Source: Azolla caroliniana | Lineage: Eukaryota > Plantae > Polypodiophyta | Length of the DNA stretch: 64,000 nt | Assembly: GCA_043228905.1 (NCBI GenBank) | Contig: JBHGNT010000016.1 | Span: 9,176,001-9,240,000 of the forward strand | Direction: 5' to 3' | Part shown: piece after piece, positions 23,996 to 35,486 of the stretch | Layout: each line of letters opens with the position of its first letter | How positions within the stretch are numbered: the first letter of the stretch is position 1 | Program-made: the position numbers and the translations under genes | Notes under the pieces: generated by a model | Told to the model about the DNA's origin: nothing | Seen by the model: only the letters and a program-made list of their open reading frames with translations | The model's database searches: none

Positions 23996-25123
23996 ATGGA
24001 GTCGGTCAGCAAGCAAGAGTATATGCGTGTCCTTTCAGAGCTCGATATGCTCACCACTAAGTTTGTGGCATTAGAGCAAGAAAATCAAAGGCTACTCGGG
24101 GATCTTCAACAAGTCAGTACTGAGAAAGCTCATCAATATGAGGAGTTATCACAACGGGTTCATCAACTTGAGGCTACTATATTAACATTACGAGAACAAG
24201 CGGCGGGGGTTCAAAACTCCCCAAGGGAACCAAAGATTAGCCTCCCTGCCAAGTTTGATGGTACCAGATCTCTCTTTCGAGGTTTCCTGAATCAAGTTCG
24301 TTTGGTGATTCAGTTACATCCCAATCGGTATCCAACTGATGCTGCCCGTGTGGGATTAATAGGAACCTTGCTAAGCGGTACAGCGTTAGCATGGTTTGCA
24401 CCACTTCTTGAGAAGAAATCACCATTACTGGAGGATTTCGAGGCATTCGTTAAGGAGTTTCAAGCTAGTTTTGGAGATACGGATAGCACTAGGACTGCAA
24501 TAAACAAGATTCGAAGACTCCGACAAGGAGATCGTCCCGCTTCAGCTTATGCCGCAGATTTCCGTCTCTTGGCATGCGACATCCCTTGGGATGAGGCAAC
24601 CTTAATGGATCAATTCCGTCAGGGTTTGCGTAACGATGTCAAAGATCTTCTTCTTACTTTCCATGAAGATCCAAAGTCTCTTACTGAAGCTATTAGCCGA
24701 GCTGTGCGATGTGATAATCGCCTATTTGAGCAACGTTCTGAACGTCAACAAATGTTACGCCGCCAACCGGAACAGACATACGCTTCTATAGTCGCCACAC
24801 CGCCACAAGGTTCTAGACCCGTTACGAGGGATGGTCCCACTCCGATGGAAATAGAGTCGACACAACGTCGAGGGCCCTTATCAGATGCTGAGAAACAACG
24901 ACGTCGGGCGCATCGCCTATGCCTCTACTGTGGTGGTCCAGGACATATAGCTGTGAATTGTCCACATAAACCCAGGCGTCAAGTTTACCAAGTAAGTGCA
25001 CATGACAACCCTACATCAAGTTCTACTATCACTTCTAATAACTTAAGTACTAAGCCTAATAGCCCATGCCATGAGAATAGATTTGATGTCTTGAGCCAAT
25101 TAGAGGATGTGTTAAACGAATAA
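23996..25123 (+). CDS. gag: Intact Gag of family B, antisense to its LTRs
   Basis: 375-aa open ORF, homologous to element A gag, CLYCGGPGHIAVNC knuckle. Confidence 0.9.
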   Translation: MESVSKQEYMRVLSELDMLTTKFVALEQENQRLLGDLQQVSTEKAHQYEELSQRVHQLEATILTLREQAAGVQNSPREPKISLPAKFDGTRSLFRGFLNQVRLVIQLHPNRYPTDAARVGLIGTLLSGTALAWFAPLLEKKSPLLEDFEAFVKEFQASFGDTDSTRTAINKIRRLRQGDRPASAYAADFRLLACDIPWDEATLMDQFRQGLRNDVKDLLLTFHEDPKSLTEAISRAVRCDNRLFEQRSERQQMLRRQPEQTYASIVATPPQGSRPVTRDGPTPMEIESTQRRGPLSDAEKQRRRAHRLCLYCGGPGHIAVNCPHKPRRQVYQVSAHDNPTSSSTITSNNLSTKPNSPCHENRFDVLSQLEDVLNE

Positions 25124-25156
25124 GTCCGGCCAAAATAGGAGCCATTTGGTTGGACC
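25111..25156 (+). promoter_or_regulatory. Predicted -1 ribosomal frameshift signal (also in copy 2 and in element A)
   Basis: G_TTA_AAC, 6-nt spacer, 11-bp stem GTCCGGCCAAA/TTTGGTTGGAC; pol is in the -1 frame. Confidence 0.75.
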
Positions 25157-26255
25157 ATCCTAGTTATGTAGAGTCAGTACCTAGTTGTGGTTCCATTTCA
25201 TCAAATCAAGTTAGTAGAGTTTTTTCTGCACAAGTCGAGCTTAGCACATCTACCGGTCATCGCGCCCTAGCCTCTGCCCTCCTAGATTCCGGAGCCAATT
25301 CTTGTTTCATGGATCGCGAGTTTGCATTGACTCAAAACATCATCTTGAAAAAACTCCCAAACCCAGTAGCTGTAGGAGTCATCGATGGTCGCCCTATAGC
25401 ATCAGGAGATATAGTCGAAGAGTCTGAACCAATTCGTGTAGTCCTAGGTAATTTGGCTAGTGTCATCTCATTTAACATCATTAGTAGTCCGGAGCACTCT
25501 CTAGTTCTTGGTCTTCCTTGGTTTGAGTTACATAACCCAACCATTGATTGGAGAAAAAGAACTATTGAAGAGGTCACCGTACAATCCAAGTCTCTTGAAG
25601 CTCCAACTAAGGATCTAGGATCCCCCACAATTTCAACAATCTCTATACATCAATTACGAGAGGATGGAAGAAAGGAAGACATGATGGTATTTGCGGTTTT
25701 AGCAACTCCCTCATCTAGCTCACAAGAATTGGGGGTCCAACTACCAAAGAAGTACATAGAATTCTCCGATGTGTTCGATAAGGTGAAGGCTAATAGACTA
25801 CCAGAGCATCGACCATATGATTGCCCAATTGATTTGCAGCCAGGAAAAGAGCCTCCATGGGGACCAATTTATAATCTTTCGCCCACGGAGTTAGAGGTTC
25901 TTCGAGAATATATCAATGAGAACTTGGCAAATGGTTTTATCCAACATTCAAAATCTCCTGCTGGTGCACCCATCTTTTTCGTTAAGAAGAAAGATGGTAC
26001 GTGGATTATCGAGGCTTGAATAAAGTGACCGTTAGAAACCGATATGCTCTCCCATTGATCTCAAGCCTTCTAGAACGCCTCAGTGAAGCAAAGTATTTCA
26101 CGAAGTTAGATCTTCGAGGTGCCTACAACCTTGTTCGAATTCGTCCTGGGGATGAATGGAAGACGGCGTTCCGCACTCGCTATGGTCATTTTGAGTACAC
26201 AGTGATGCCTTTTGGCCTCACGAATGCACCAGCAGTCTTCCAACATATGGCGAAT
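25124..26255 (+). pseudogene. pol: Protease and truncated RT of family B
   Basis: LLDSGA protease; RT frameshifted after KKKDG and truncated after FQHMAN. Confidence 0.9.
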
Positions 26256-27012
26256 TATGAGATCATCTCCTTGTCTTGAAACGATTAAATTCGGTTCAAA
26301 CTGTCGTGACTCTTGAGTAGGAAGCAGAGAGAGAGCGATGGCGATAGAGATAACGATAACGATAGAGATGGCGAGAGCGGTAGAGATAGCGATAGTGATA
26401 GCAAAAGAGAGTGAAAGAGGGAGAGAGTGCGAGAGAGAGAAAAGTATAAGTGAGAAATAAGAAATGGGAATGCGATTATATTATGAGAAAGAAGATTACA
26501 AGGAGTAGGCTAAGGGCTAAAGACTGGTGTTGAACCGAATGAGTTGTGATGAGTGTATGGACCCTTATTTATAGGCCCTTATGGAGTATTCTAGAATGTT
26601 CTAGAATATTTTAGATATTTATGAATAATAATAATAATAAATATAATCATGAAATATTCAAGAACATTCTAGAATAATCTAGAATGTTCGAAATATCTCG
26701 TAATAACTAAACATATAATTATTATGATTACATCTCACATATGTTATTACAATGGTTAAAGTACAATATGTAAACCAAGAGGTTATGGGTTCGATTCCTG
26801 GTTCGCCAAGATGAATGTCCAAGATGTATGTCTTCATGACACCGGGTACTCCTCATTCGGGTCTTCATTTCCGATTCCCGGACATCCAACCATCCCAACA
26901 AACTCCCCCTTCACTTCGGCATGGAACCGGGTCTTCATCATCCGGATCCGGAACCGGGTCTTCATCATCCGGATCCGGAACCGGGTCTTCATCATCCGGC
27001 TCCGATACCGGG

Positions 27013-30000
27013 TGTCGTGACTCTTGAGTAGGAAGCAGAGAGAGAGCGATGGCGGTAGAGATAGCGATAGTGATAGCAAAAGAGAGTGAAAGAGGGAGAG
27101 AGTGCGAGAGAGAGAAAAGTATAAGTGAGAAATAAGAAATGGGAATGCGATTATATTATGAGAAAGAAGATTACAAGGAGTAGGCTAAGGGCTAAAGACT
27201 GGTGTTGAACCGAATGAGTTGTGATGAGTGTATGGACTCTTATTTATAGGCCCTTATGGAGTATTCTAGAATGTTCTAGAATATTTTAGATATTTATGAA
27301 TAATAATAATAATAAATATAATCATGAAATATTCAAGAACATTCTAGAATAATCTAGAATGTTCGAAATATCTCGTAATAACTAAACATATAATTATTAT
27401 GATTACATCTCACATATGTTATTACAATGGTTAAAGTACAATATGTAAACCAAGAGGTTATGGGTTCGATTCCTGGTTCGCCAAGATGAATGTCCAAGAT
27501 GTATGTCTTCATGACATTATCCCCCCTTTTCGATGACGAGTTGCACGAGTCGGAAGAAAAGAGTTCAGACTTGGTTTATGAGGATATTGGTTGTGAAATG
27601 CAACAACCATGTCGGAGGCATTGGCAAGATGTTCGGCAGGCTCCCATGTTCGATCATTAGGTGTATAGCCTAACCAATCAACCAAGTAGTATAGTTTGTT
27701 GCGAATGATCTTGGAGTCGAGGATAGCGGCAACCTCATATTCAGAGCCATTGGAAACGTCAATTGGAGGTGGGGGAGGTGTAACACGACCCGGAATAGAG
27801 CTCGTTGTGTAGGGCTCCAAAAGTGAAACATGGAAGTCCGGGTGAAGACGCATATGAGGAGGAAGATCAAGACGAAATGTCACATCATTGATCTTACCAC
27901 TTATGACATATGGGCCAAAACGTTGATAATCCAATTTGTAGCAAGGTCGGGTCGTTTTAATGCTACCTTGTAAGAGCCATACACGATCGCCTACTTGAAA
28001 TGTAGTCGATGAATCACGCCGATGACGGTCAGCAATCTTCTTTTGAGTGTTTTGGGCTTCATATAAATGATGCAAAAGCATATCCTGAACTTCTTGGAGT
28101 CGAGTGAGCCGATCTTCAGCAGCTGGGTTTTTTGGGAGTTCAGGATGTTCAAGCATCGTCCAACGAGGATGGTACCCAATGTTTGCAAAAAATGGGGAAT
28201 ATCCAGTAGAAGAATGCTCGGAGTTGTTATAAGCAAATTCTGCCAAAGGTAGTAAATCCACCCAATCATCTTGTTGATAGTTGACAAAACAACGTAGATA
28301 TTGCTCGACCGTTTGGTTGGTGCGCTCACTCTGCCCATTAGTCTCTGGATGGTAGCCGGAAGAGAGTTTACAAGAAGTATGTAAGAGTTTGAACATGTGC
28401 CGCCAAAATTTCGAGATGAATTGGGGACCCCGATCACTGATAATATCATCCGGAAGACCATGATGACGAAACACCTCCCGCATGAGTAAATCAACTGTCT
28501 CTTGACTAGTAATGGTCTTTGTGCATGGAAGGAAATGTGCCATCTTCGTAAAACGATCGACAACCGTGAGAATCGAATCAAATCCCTTGGAAGGTGGAAG
28601 ATCCGTAATAAAGTCCAAGGAAATAGATTTCCATGGGCTCTCCGGAATAGGCATTGGCATTGGTTTGAACCGAATATTTCTTTTCCCTTTCTCCAATAAC
28701 CCTAGCAAGCTTTCTTCTTTATCCTTCTTTCTTTTTCCCCCGCGGTTATGGAGTCGGTCAGCAAGCAAGAGTATATGCGTGTCCTTTCAGAGCTCGATAT
28801 GCTCACCACTAAGTTTGTGGCATTAGAGCAAGAAAATCAAAGGCTACTCGGGGATCTTCAACAAGTCAGTACTGAGAAAGCTCATCAATATGAGGAGTTA
28901 TCACAACGGGTTCATCAACTTGAGGCTACTATATTAACATTACGAGAACAAGCGGCGGGGGTTCAAAACTCCCCAAGGGAACCAAAGATTAGCCTCCCTG
29001 CCAAGTTTGATGGTACCAGATCTCTCTTTCGAGGTTTCCTGAATCAAGTTCGTTTGGTGATTCAGTTACATCCCAATCGGTATCCAACTGATGCTGCCCG
29101 TGTGGGATTAATAGGAACCTTGCTAAGCGGTACAGCGTTAGCATGGTTTGCACCACTTCTTGAGAAGAAATCACCATTACTGGAGGATTTCGAGGCATTC
29201 GTTAAGGAGTTTCAAGCTAGTTTTGGAGATACGGATAGCACTAGGACTGCAATAAACAAGATTCGAAGACTCCGACAAGGAGATCGTCCCGCTTCAGCTT
29301 ATGCCGCAGATTTCCGTCTCTTGGCATGCGACATCCCTTGGGATGAGGCAACCTTAATGGATCAATTCCGTCAGGGTTTGCGTAACGATGTCAAAGATCT
29401 TCTTCTTACTTTCCATGAAGATCCAAAGTCTCTTACTGAAGCTATTAGCCGAGCTGTGCGATGTGATAATCGCCTATTTGAGCAACGTTCTGAACGTCAA
29501 CAAATGTTACGCCGCCAACCGGAACAGACATACGCTTCTATAGTCGCCACACCGCCACAAGGTTCTAGACCCGTTACGAGGGATGGTCCCACTCCGATGG
29601 AAATAGAGTCGACACAACGTCGAGGGCCCTTATCAGATGCTGAGAAACAACGACGTCGGGCGCATCGCCTATGCCTCTACTGTGGTGGTCCAGGACATAT
29701 AGCTGTGAATTGTCCACATAAACCCAGGCGTCAAGTTTACCAAGTAAGTGCACATGACAACCCTACATCAAGTTCTACTATCACTTCTAATAACTTAAGT
29801 ACTAAGCCTAATAGCCCATGCCATGAGAATAGATTTGATGTCTTGAGCCAATTAGAGGATGTGTTAAACGAATAAGTCCGGCCAAAATAGGAGCCATTTG
29901 GTTGGACCATCCTAGTTATGTAGAGTCAGTACCTAGTTGTGGTTCCATTTCATCAAATCAAGTTAGTAGAGTTTTTTCTGCACAAGTCGAGCTTAGCACA

Positions 30001-31593
30001 TCTACCGGTCATCGCGCCCTAGCCTCTGCCCTCCTAGATTCCGGAGCCAATTCTTGTTTCATGGATCGCGAGTTTGCATTGACTCAAAACATCATCTTGA
30101 AAAAACTCCCAAACCCAGTAGCTGTAGGAGTCATCGATGGTCGCCCTATAGCATCAGGAGATATAGTCGAAGAGTCTGAACCAATTCGTGTAGTCCTAGG
30201 TAATTTGGCTAGTGTCATCTCATTTAACATCATTAGTAGTCCGGAGCACTCTCTAGTTCTTGGTCTTCCTTGGTTTGAGTTACATAACCCAACCATTGAT
30301 TGGAGAAAAAGAACTATTGAAGAGGTCACCGTACAATCCAAGTCTCTTGAAGCTCCAACTAAGGATCTAGGATCCCCCACAATTTCAACAATCTCTATAC
30401 ATCAATTACGAGAGGATGGAAGAAAGGAAGACATGATGGTATTTGCGGTTTTAGCAACTCCCTCATCTAGCTCACAAGAATTGGGGGTCCAACTACCAAA
30501 GAAGTACATAGAATTCTCCGATGTGTTCGATAAGGTGAAGGCTAATAGACTACCAGAGCATCGACCATATGATTGCCCAATTGATTTGCAGCCAGGAAAA
30601 GAGCCTCCATGGGGACCAATTTATAATCTTTCGCCCACGGAGTTAGAGGTTCTTCGAGAATATATCAATGAGAACTTGGCAAATGGTTTTATCCAACATT
30701 CAAAATCTCCTGCTGGTGCACCCATCTTTTTCGTTAAGAAGAAAGATGGTACGTGGATTATCGAGGCTTGAATAAAGTGACCGTTAGAAACCGATATGCT
30801 CTCCCATTGATCTCAAGCCTTCTAGAACGCCTCAGTGAAGCAAAGTATTTCACGAAGTTAGATCTTCGAGGTGCCTACAACCTTGTTCGAATTCGTCCTG
30901 GGGATGAATGGAAGACGGCGTTCCGCACTCGCTATGGTCATTTTGAGTACACAGTGATGCCTTTTGGCCTCACGAATGCACCAGCAGTCTTCCAACATAT
31001 GGCGAATTATGAGATCATCTCCTTGTCTTGAAACGATTAAATTCGGTTCAAACTGTCGTGACTCTTGAGTAGGAAGCAGAGAGAGAGCGATGGCGATAGA
31101 GATAACGATAACGATAGAGATGGCGAGAGCGGTAGAGATAGCGATAGTGATAGCAAAAGAGAGTGAAAGAGGGAGAGAGTGCGAGAGAGAGAAAAGTATA
31201 AGTGAGAAATAAGAAATGGGAATGCGATTATATTATGAGAAAGAAGATTACAAGGAGTAGGCTAAGGGCTAAAGACTGGTGTTGAACCGAATGAGTTGTG
31301 ATGAGTGTATGGACCCTTATTTATAGGCCCTTATGGAGTATTCTAGAATGTTCTAGAATATTTTAGATATTTATGAATAATAATAATAATAAATATAATC
31401 ATGAAATATTCAAGAACATTCTAGAATAATCTAGAATGTTCGAAATATCTCGTAATAACTAAACATATAATTATTATGATTACATCTCACATATGTTATT
31501 ACAATGGTTAAAGTACAATATGTAAACCAAGAGGTTATGGGTTCGATTCCTGGTTCGCCAAGATGAATGTCCAAGATGTATGTCTTCATGACA
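27013..31593 (-). mobile_element. Chromovirus family B, copy 2 (part of a tandem duplication)
   Basis: ORFs identical to copy 1 at +4752; LTRs 27013-27516 (36-bp deletion) and 31054-31593; TSD CCGGG on both sides. Confidence 0.93.
28748..29875 (+). CDS. gag: Intact Gag of family B, copy 2
   Basis: Identical 375-aa protein to 23996-25123. Confidence 0.9.
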   Translation: MESVSKQEYMRVLSELDMLTTKFVALEQENQRLLGDLQQVSTEKAHQYEELSQRVHQLEATILTLREQAAGVQNSPREPKISLPAKFDGTRSLFRGFLNQVRLVIQLHPNRYPTDAARVGLIGTLLSGTALAWFAPLLEKKSPLLEDFEAFVKEFQASFGDTDSTRTAINKIRRLRQGDRPASAYAADFRLLACDIPWDEATLMDQFRQGLRNDVKDLLLTFHEDPKSLTEAISRAVRCDNRLFEQRSERQQMLRRQPEQTYASIVATPPQGSRPVTRDGPTPMEIESTQRRGPLSDAEKQRRRAHRLCLYCGGPGHIAVNCPHKPRRQVYQVSAHDNPTSSSTITSNNLSTKPNSPCHENRFDVLSQLEDVLNE

Positions 31594-32133
31594 CCGGGTA
31601 CTCCTCATTCGGGTCTTCATTTCCGATTCCCGGACATCCAACCATCCCAACAAACTCCCCCTTCACTTCGGCATGGGATGTCTTTCCAGTCCGACCCTCT
31701 TCCGGCACGCTTCCAGCTTGTCGGGTGTGAGCACATTGGTCAGCATATCTGACCCGTTCTCGTCCGTGTGGATCTTCGTCAGCACGAACTCCTGGTCTTC
31801 TATCCTTTCCCGGATCCAGTGATATCTTCGCTGGATGTTCTTCGTCCGGGAGTGATAGACCGCGTTCTTCGCAAGGTGGATGGCACTCTGACTGTCGCAG
31901 TAGAGTCGGTACTCCTCCTGCCGGATACCAAGCTCTCTCATGAAGTCCTTCATCCATATTATTTCCTTGCCAGCTTCAACAGCCGCCATGTACTCCGCCT
32001 CCGTGGTTGACAACGCAACCGTCTTCTGCAGCCTCGACTGCCACGAAACATCTACCCCTGCATACGTCATCACATACCCTGATGTGGACCGGCTGGTATC
32101 TGCATCAGCCGACATATCTGAATCGGTAAAGTC
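31594..32133 (-). mobile_element. Copia C1-family LTR end, PPT and RNase H fragment
   Basis: Matches ~17456-18015; FTDSD..STTEAEY..CDSQSAI. Confidence 0.9.
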
Positions 32134-32370
32134 GATGGATTGTGTGCGGCTATTGATACCGTAAGAGGTAAGGATGGCAAGGAAGGAAAAGAAGGCCAGA
32201 AAATATGGCATGCAGTGACGCAATGGCTCACCCTATTGGCGCCACCTGTCGAGCCCGTCTAGACCAAGAAACGGGGAAGAGCAACAAACGGCACCCCGAA
32301 ACCTACTTCAAAACAGCAACAGTTGTTGGCCTCCAAGGCCACTAAGGGGAAGACGGCCGACGTAGAGAAG

Positions 32371-32993
32371 TGTTCGGAAATCGACGCTTTCCAAACCTTC
32401 ACCTCCCGGCCACAACCGAGGAAACACGAATCAATGCAGCAGAAAATCGAAAACACAGAGAGAGACTCGAATGCACAGGGTTTAGCGTGGAAAACCCTAG
32501 ACAGGAAAAACCACGGGAGTACAAGACTCCAACTATCACTATACGCAGGGAATGTACAATGGCAAGCTGTAAGGCGACGACCTTGAGCTCGTTGTCCTCG
32601 CCACAGGCGGCGGTATTACACAGAGGCGTCGACCTCTTCCTTTCTCTCTCTCTCGGCTGCTCTCACTTCGCTCCCTCTAAGTGGAAAACAGAAAAATGAG
32701 CAACAACTACAAAACTGTTTGCCCTAAGTCATATTTATACACATATGACTTTCGGGCTATTTACAAATATAGCCTCAAGGGCCCTTGGCAAACATATTCA
32801 CAAATATGTCCCCGCATCCGGATCTCTCTCCGGGTACATTCGTCATCCGGCTCCGTAGCCGGGGTCTTCATCATCCGGATCCGGAACCGGGTCTTCATCA
32901 TCCGGCTCCGATACCGGGTACTCCTCATTCGGGTCTTCATACCCGATTCCCGGACATCCGACCATCCCATCCGGAGGGACCGTAATCCCAACA
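32371..32993 (-). repeat. Further C1 LTR, preceded by a duplicate of the G1 flank
   Basis: Direct repeat of 16831-17534; 32135-32370 repeats 16595-16830. Confidence 0.92.
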
Positions 32994-34875
32994 AAGGCGG
33001 CAAAGGAGCGCGCCAGCCGGAAGCGGTCGACGGACACGGACAAGGAGACATCGGCACGGCCCCTGAAGAGCCCACTCCACCGACCGGTGCAACAAGAAAC
33101 GGACACCCTGGCGGCAAGAATGAATGCCGGGACTCAAGAGGAGGAAACGGAGGAAGAGCCTACGAAGCACCTCCGGCGGTAGCCGGTGAAGAGGACCGCA
33201 GAATCAGTCGAGAAGCATTCGGACCCACAGAAGGATGGAACCCGCAACCCACATTGAGAATCCCACGCCAAGGGAGGCACCAGAACCGGTTCGGATGGAA
33301 CGGGTCACAGAAGTCCCTGCACAACAGGCAGCACCGACAAGCCCTGTAACTCAAGAACCAGTTATAGAAATGCCAACCTCCTTAGCCATCCAAGAACAAG
33401 CAGACAAGGAGTAGCCAGCCGAAACACACCCAGAACCGGAACGGCAAAGTGGTCAGCAGGCAGAACCAGAATTGCAACTCGACGCAATTAGGCGGGACCG
33501 GTCACTTACAAGCGAACCCATCAGCCAACCCTCCATGCAAGCGCACCAACAGTGCACCGGCAGCCAATGGCTTCGGTGGATAGGAGAACAAATTGCCGGA
33601 GTAGTCGGATACGTAGAGGCGGAAGAACAAGCGCAGATGGAACAGTTGTTGGTCACAACCGATGAACTAGAGACGGCCCGGTCAAGGATCCAATGCCTCG
33701 AACAAGACTTGGATCGGGTCATAGAAGACATGGCCAAAATGGCCTTAACCACAACAAAGATCCAAGCACCAATGACTCCGGTGGATGTACATACGAATAA
33801 GACCCCGGAGACAGAAATTGCTCCGGAGAAAGATGCAGCGCAAGCCCAAGAGCTTGCCGAATTAAGGGACGAACTTGCCGCACAAGAAGCACTACGGAGC
33901 CACGAACGAGATTTGAAGAAAGCGGCAGAAGAGGAGTTAAGGAAAACTACTGAAAACCTCCGTCGGGCAGAAGAAAATCTACGGAAAGGGCATCAAGCTT
34001 ACGACTGGCTAAAGGAGGAAAGAGAAAAATTGTTGCAGGAGAAGGACAAGCTGTGACAGATGGCAGAGACGGAAATCGAAAGGCTGAAGGAAGAACTCTG
34101 TCAATAGAAGGACCGGGAGGACCGCGCGCGCCGGCAGATCATCCAGAGGTTGAAGCAGAAGGCCGATGATTTTGATCATCTGCCCCGGGACTACAAGCAG
34201 CTGGAGACGGAGTATAAGCAACAACAGGAATGGATGGTCGAGCTCTGGCAGGAAGTTGATAGGGCCACAACGGCACTCACCGACGAACGAGCTGAGAATA
34301 CAAAGCTATTGGAGGAAGCGACAAGGGACAGGATGGAGCTCCACAAGCAGAACCATGAAGAAAAGGAAAGGGCAACAATGGTGTTACAGAGGTTGCAAAC
34401 AACCTATCAAAGTCAATTGTCGCATTATAGGGAGCAGGAGGCGGACACGGTCATAATCATCAAGCAATTGAAAGAGGAGCGACAAGCCGCGGAGAACAAA
34501 TCACGGATGGGAACCGAACGGATCCAGTGCATCCTTTGGGCATGGCTCACCAAGACCAAACGCTTGATTGACGAGAGCTCTGTGCAATGGTGGACGAAAT
34601 GGGCGCAGAATACGATGGAACTCCAATTGCTCAGGGCGAACGTGGAAAACCGGCGGAAGGAAGGTGACGACTGTTATACCCTGACATCGGAGGACTTCAC
34701 CGCCATAAGGGATGAGCTGGCCGAAGATTTCACAGCCCTGGCGGATGAACAATTGGTGCAGGTCCGGCAGCTCATAGCTCAACTGGACGATGATCGGTTG
34801 GAGGCTCAAATCCAGTTTGAGAGCTATGAGCGGTCCCGGCTTCGGGAAGAAAAAGCAAGGAAGGCGGCAACGGTC
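32994..34875 (+). pseudogene. G1 accessory ORF: acidic/proline-rich linker and long coiled coil
   Basis: E/K/Q/R-rich heptad-like ORFs 33472-34056 and 34150-34932, same frame, broken by stops. Confidence 0.7.
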
Positions 34876-35175
34876 AAGGGTGAAAGCATGGGAATGGGAA
34901 CAATTAGCTATCTCCTTGACATAGCTAATTAGCTATCTAAAAAGCTACATGTAATCTGTATATTTTGGCAAATATAGGGATGATTAGAATTGATCTCAGA
35001 AAAAGACTAGCTAAACGGTGGACCATAAATGGTAATATTTCCATCTCCATAATAAATGATACATATCTTTAAGATCTTCCTACTAAAAATTAGCTATAAA
35101 AAAAACTATTTAGCTGTGGTCATTTTAGCAGCTAAATAGCTATAATAGTGTTTCCATTCGCATGCTTTCACCCTC
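34876..35175. mobile_element. 300-bp MITE with ~28-bp TIRs
   Basis: aAGGGTGAAAGCATGgGAATGGgAACA ... TGTTTCCATTCGCATGCTTTCACCCTC; AT-rich interior containing TAGCTAATTAGCTA; no clear TSD. Confidence 0.8.
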
Positions 35176-35486
35176 AACCTTAGTGATGAGGAACCGTCGT
35201 CGGTACAAGGACCAGACGGGGACCAAGCCGGGGTCAGTCAGCCAGAGACAACTCCGACGGAGGAAACAACAAAGGAAACGCCGGTGCCAGAGCGACAAAC
35301 GGAGCAACAGCCCCAAAACGGAGAAGGCACAAACGTAGCAGCCATCGCAGCAGCCACAAACGGAACAACAACCACAGCAACAACAACAGATTCCCGACGA
35401 GCCATTGGAAATTTTGGAGCAAAGCATTCTGGACATTTTGGACGAAGAGTAGTAGGGCCGGATAATGGGTTCGACGTAAAAGGTAC

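Larger units (their letters stand above)
22225..26841 (-). mobile_element. Chromovirus family B, rearranged non-autonomous copy 1 with internally inverted gag-PR-RT'
   Basis: 540-bp LTRs at 22225-22764 and 26302-26841 (2 differences); TSD CCGGG (cgggg on the left); PPT at 22765; PBS at 26289-26301. Confidence 0.93.
16831..26899 (-). mobile_element. Ty1/copia element C1 (Tork/Tnt1-like); 5' LTR interrupted by chromovirus B
   Basis: 3' LTR 16831-17534; PPT at 17535-17545; PBS-Met (rc of TGGTATCAGAGC) at 21635-21646; 5' LTR starts at 21650, is split at 22224 and resumes at 26842. Confidence 0.93.

Noticed and set aside
23911-24016. N-terminus of the 419-aa ORF (MLADRLHNRGG...)
   Set aside because: Chance read-through across the inversion junction, antisense to the gag leader.
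33472-34932. Host myosin/SMC-like gene or env gene
   Set aside because: Lies inside G1 between pol and the 3' LTR, has paralogues in G2, and shows no transmembrane segment.
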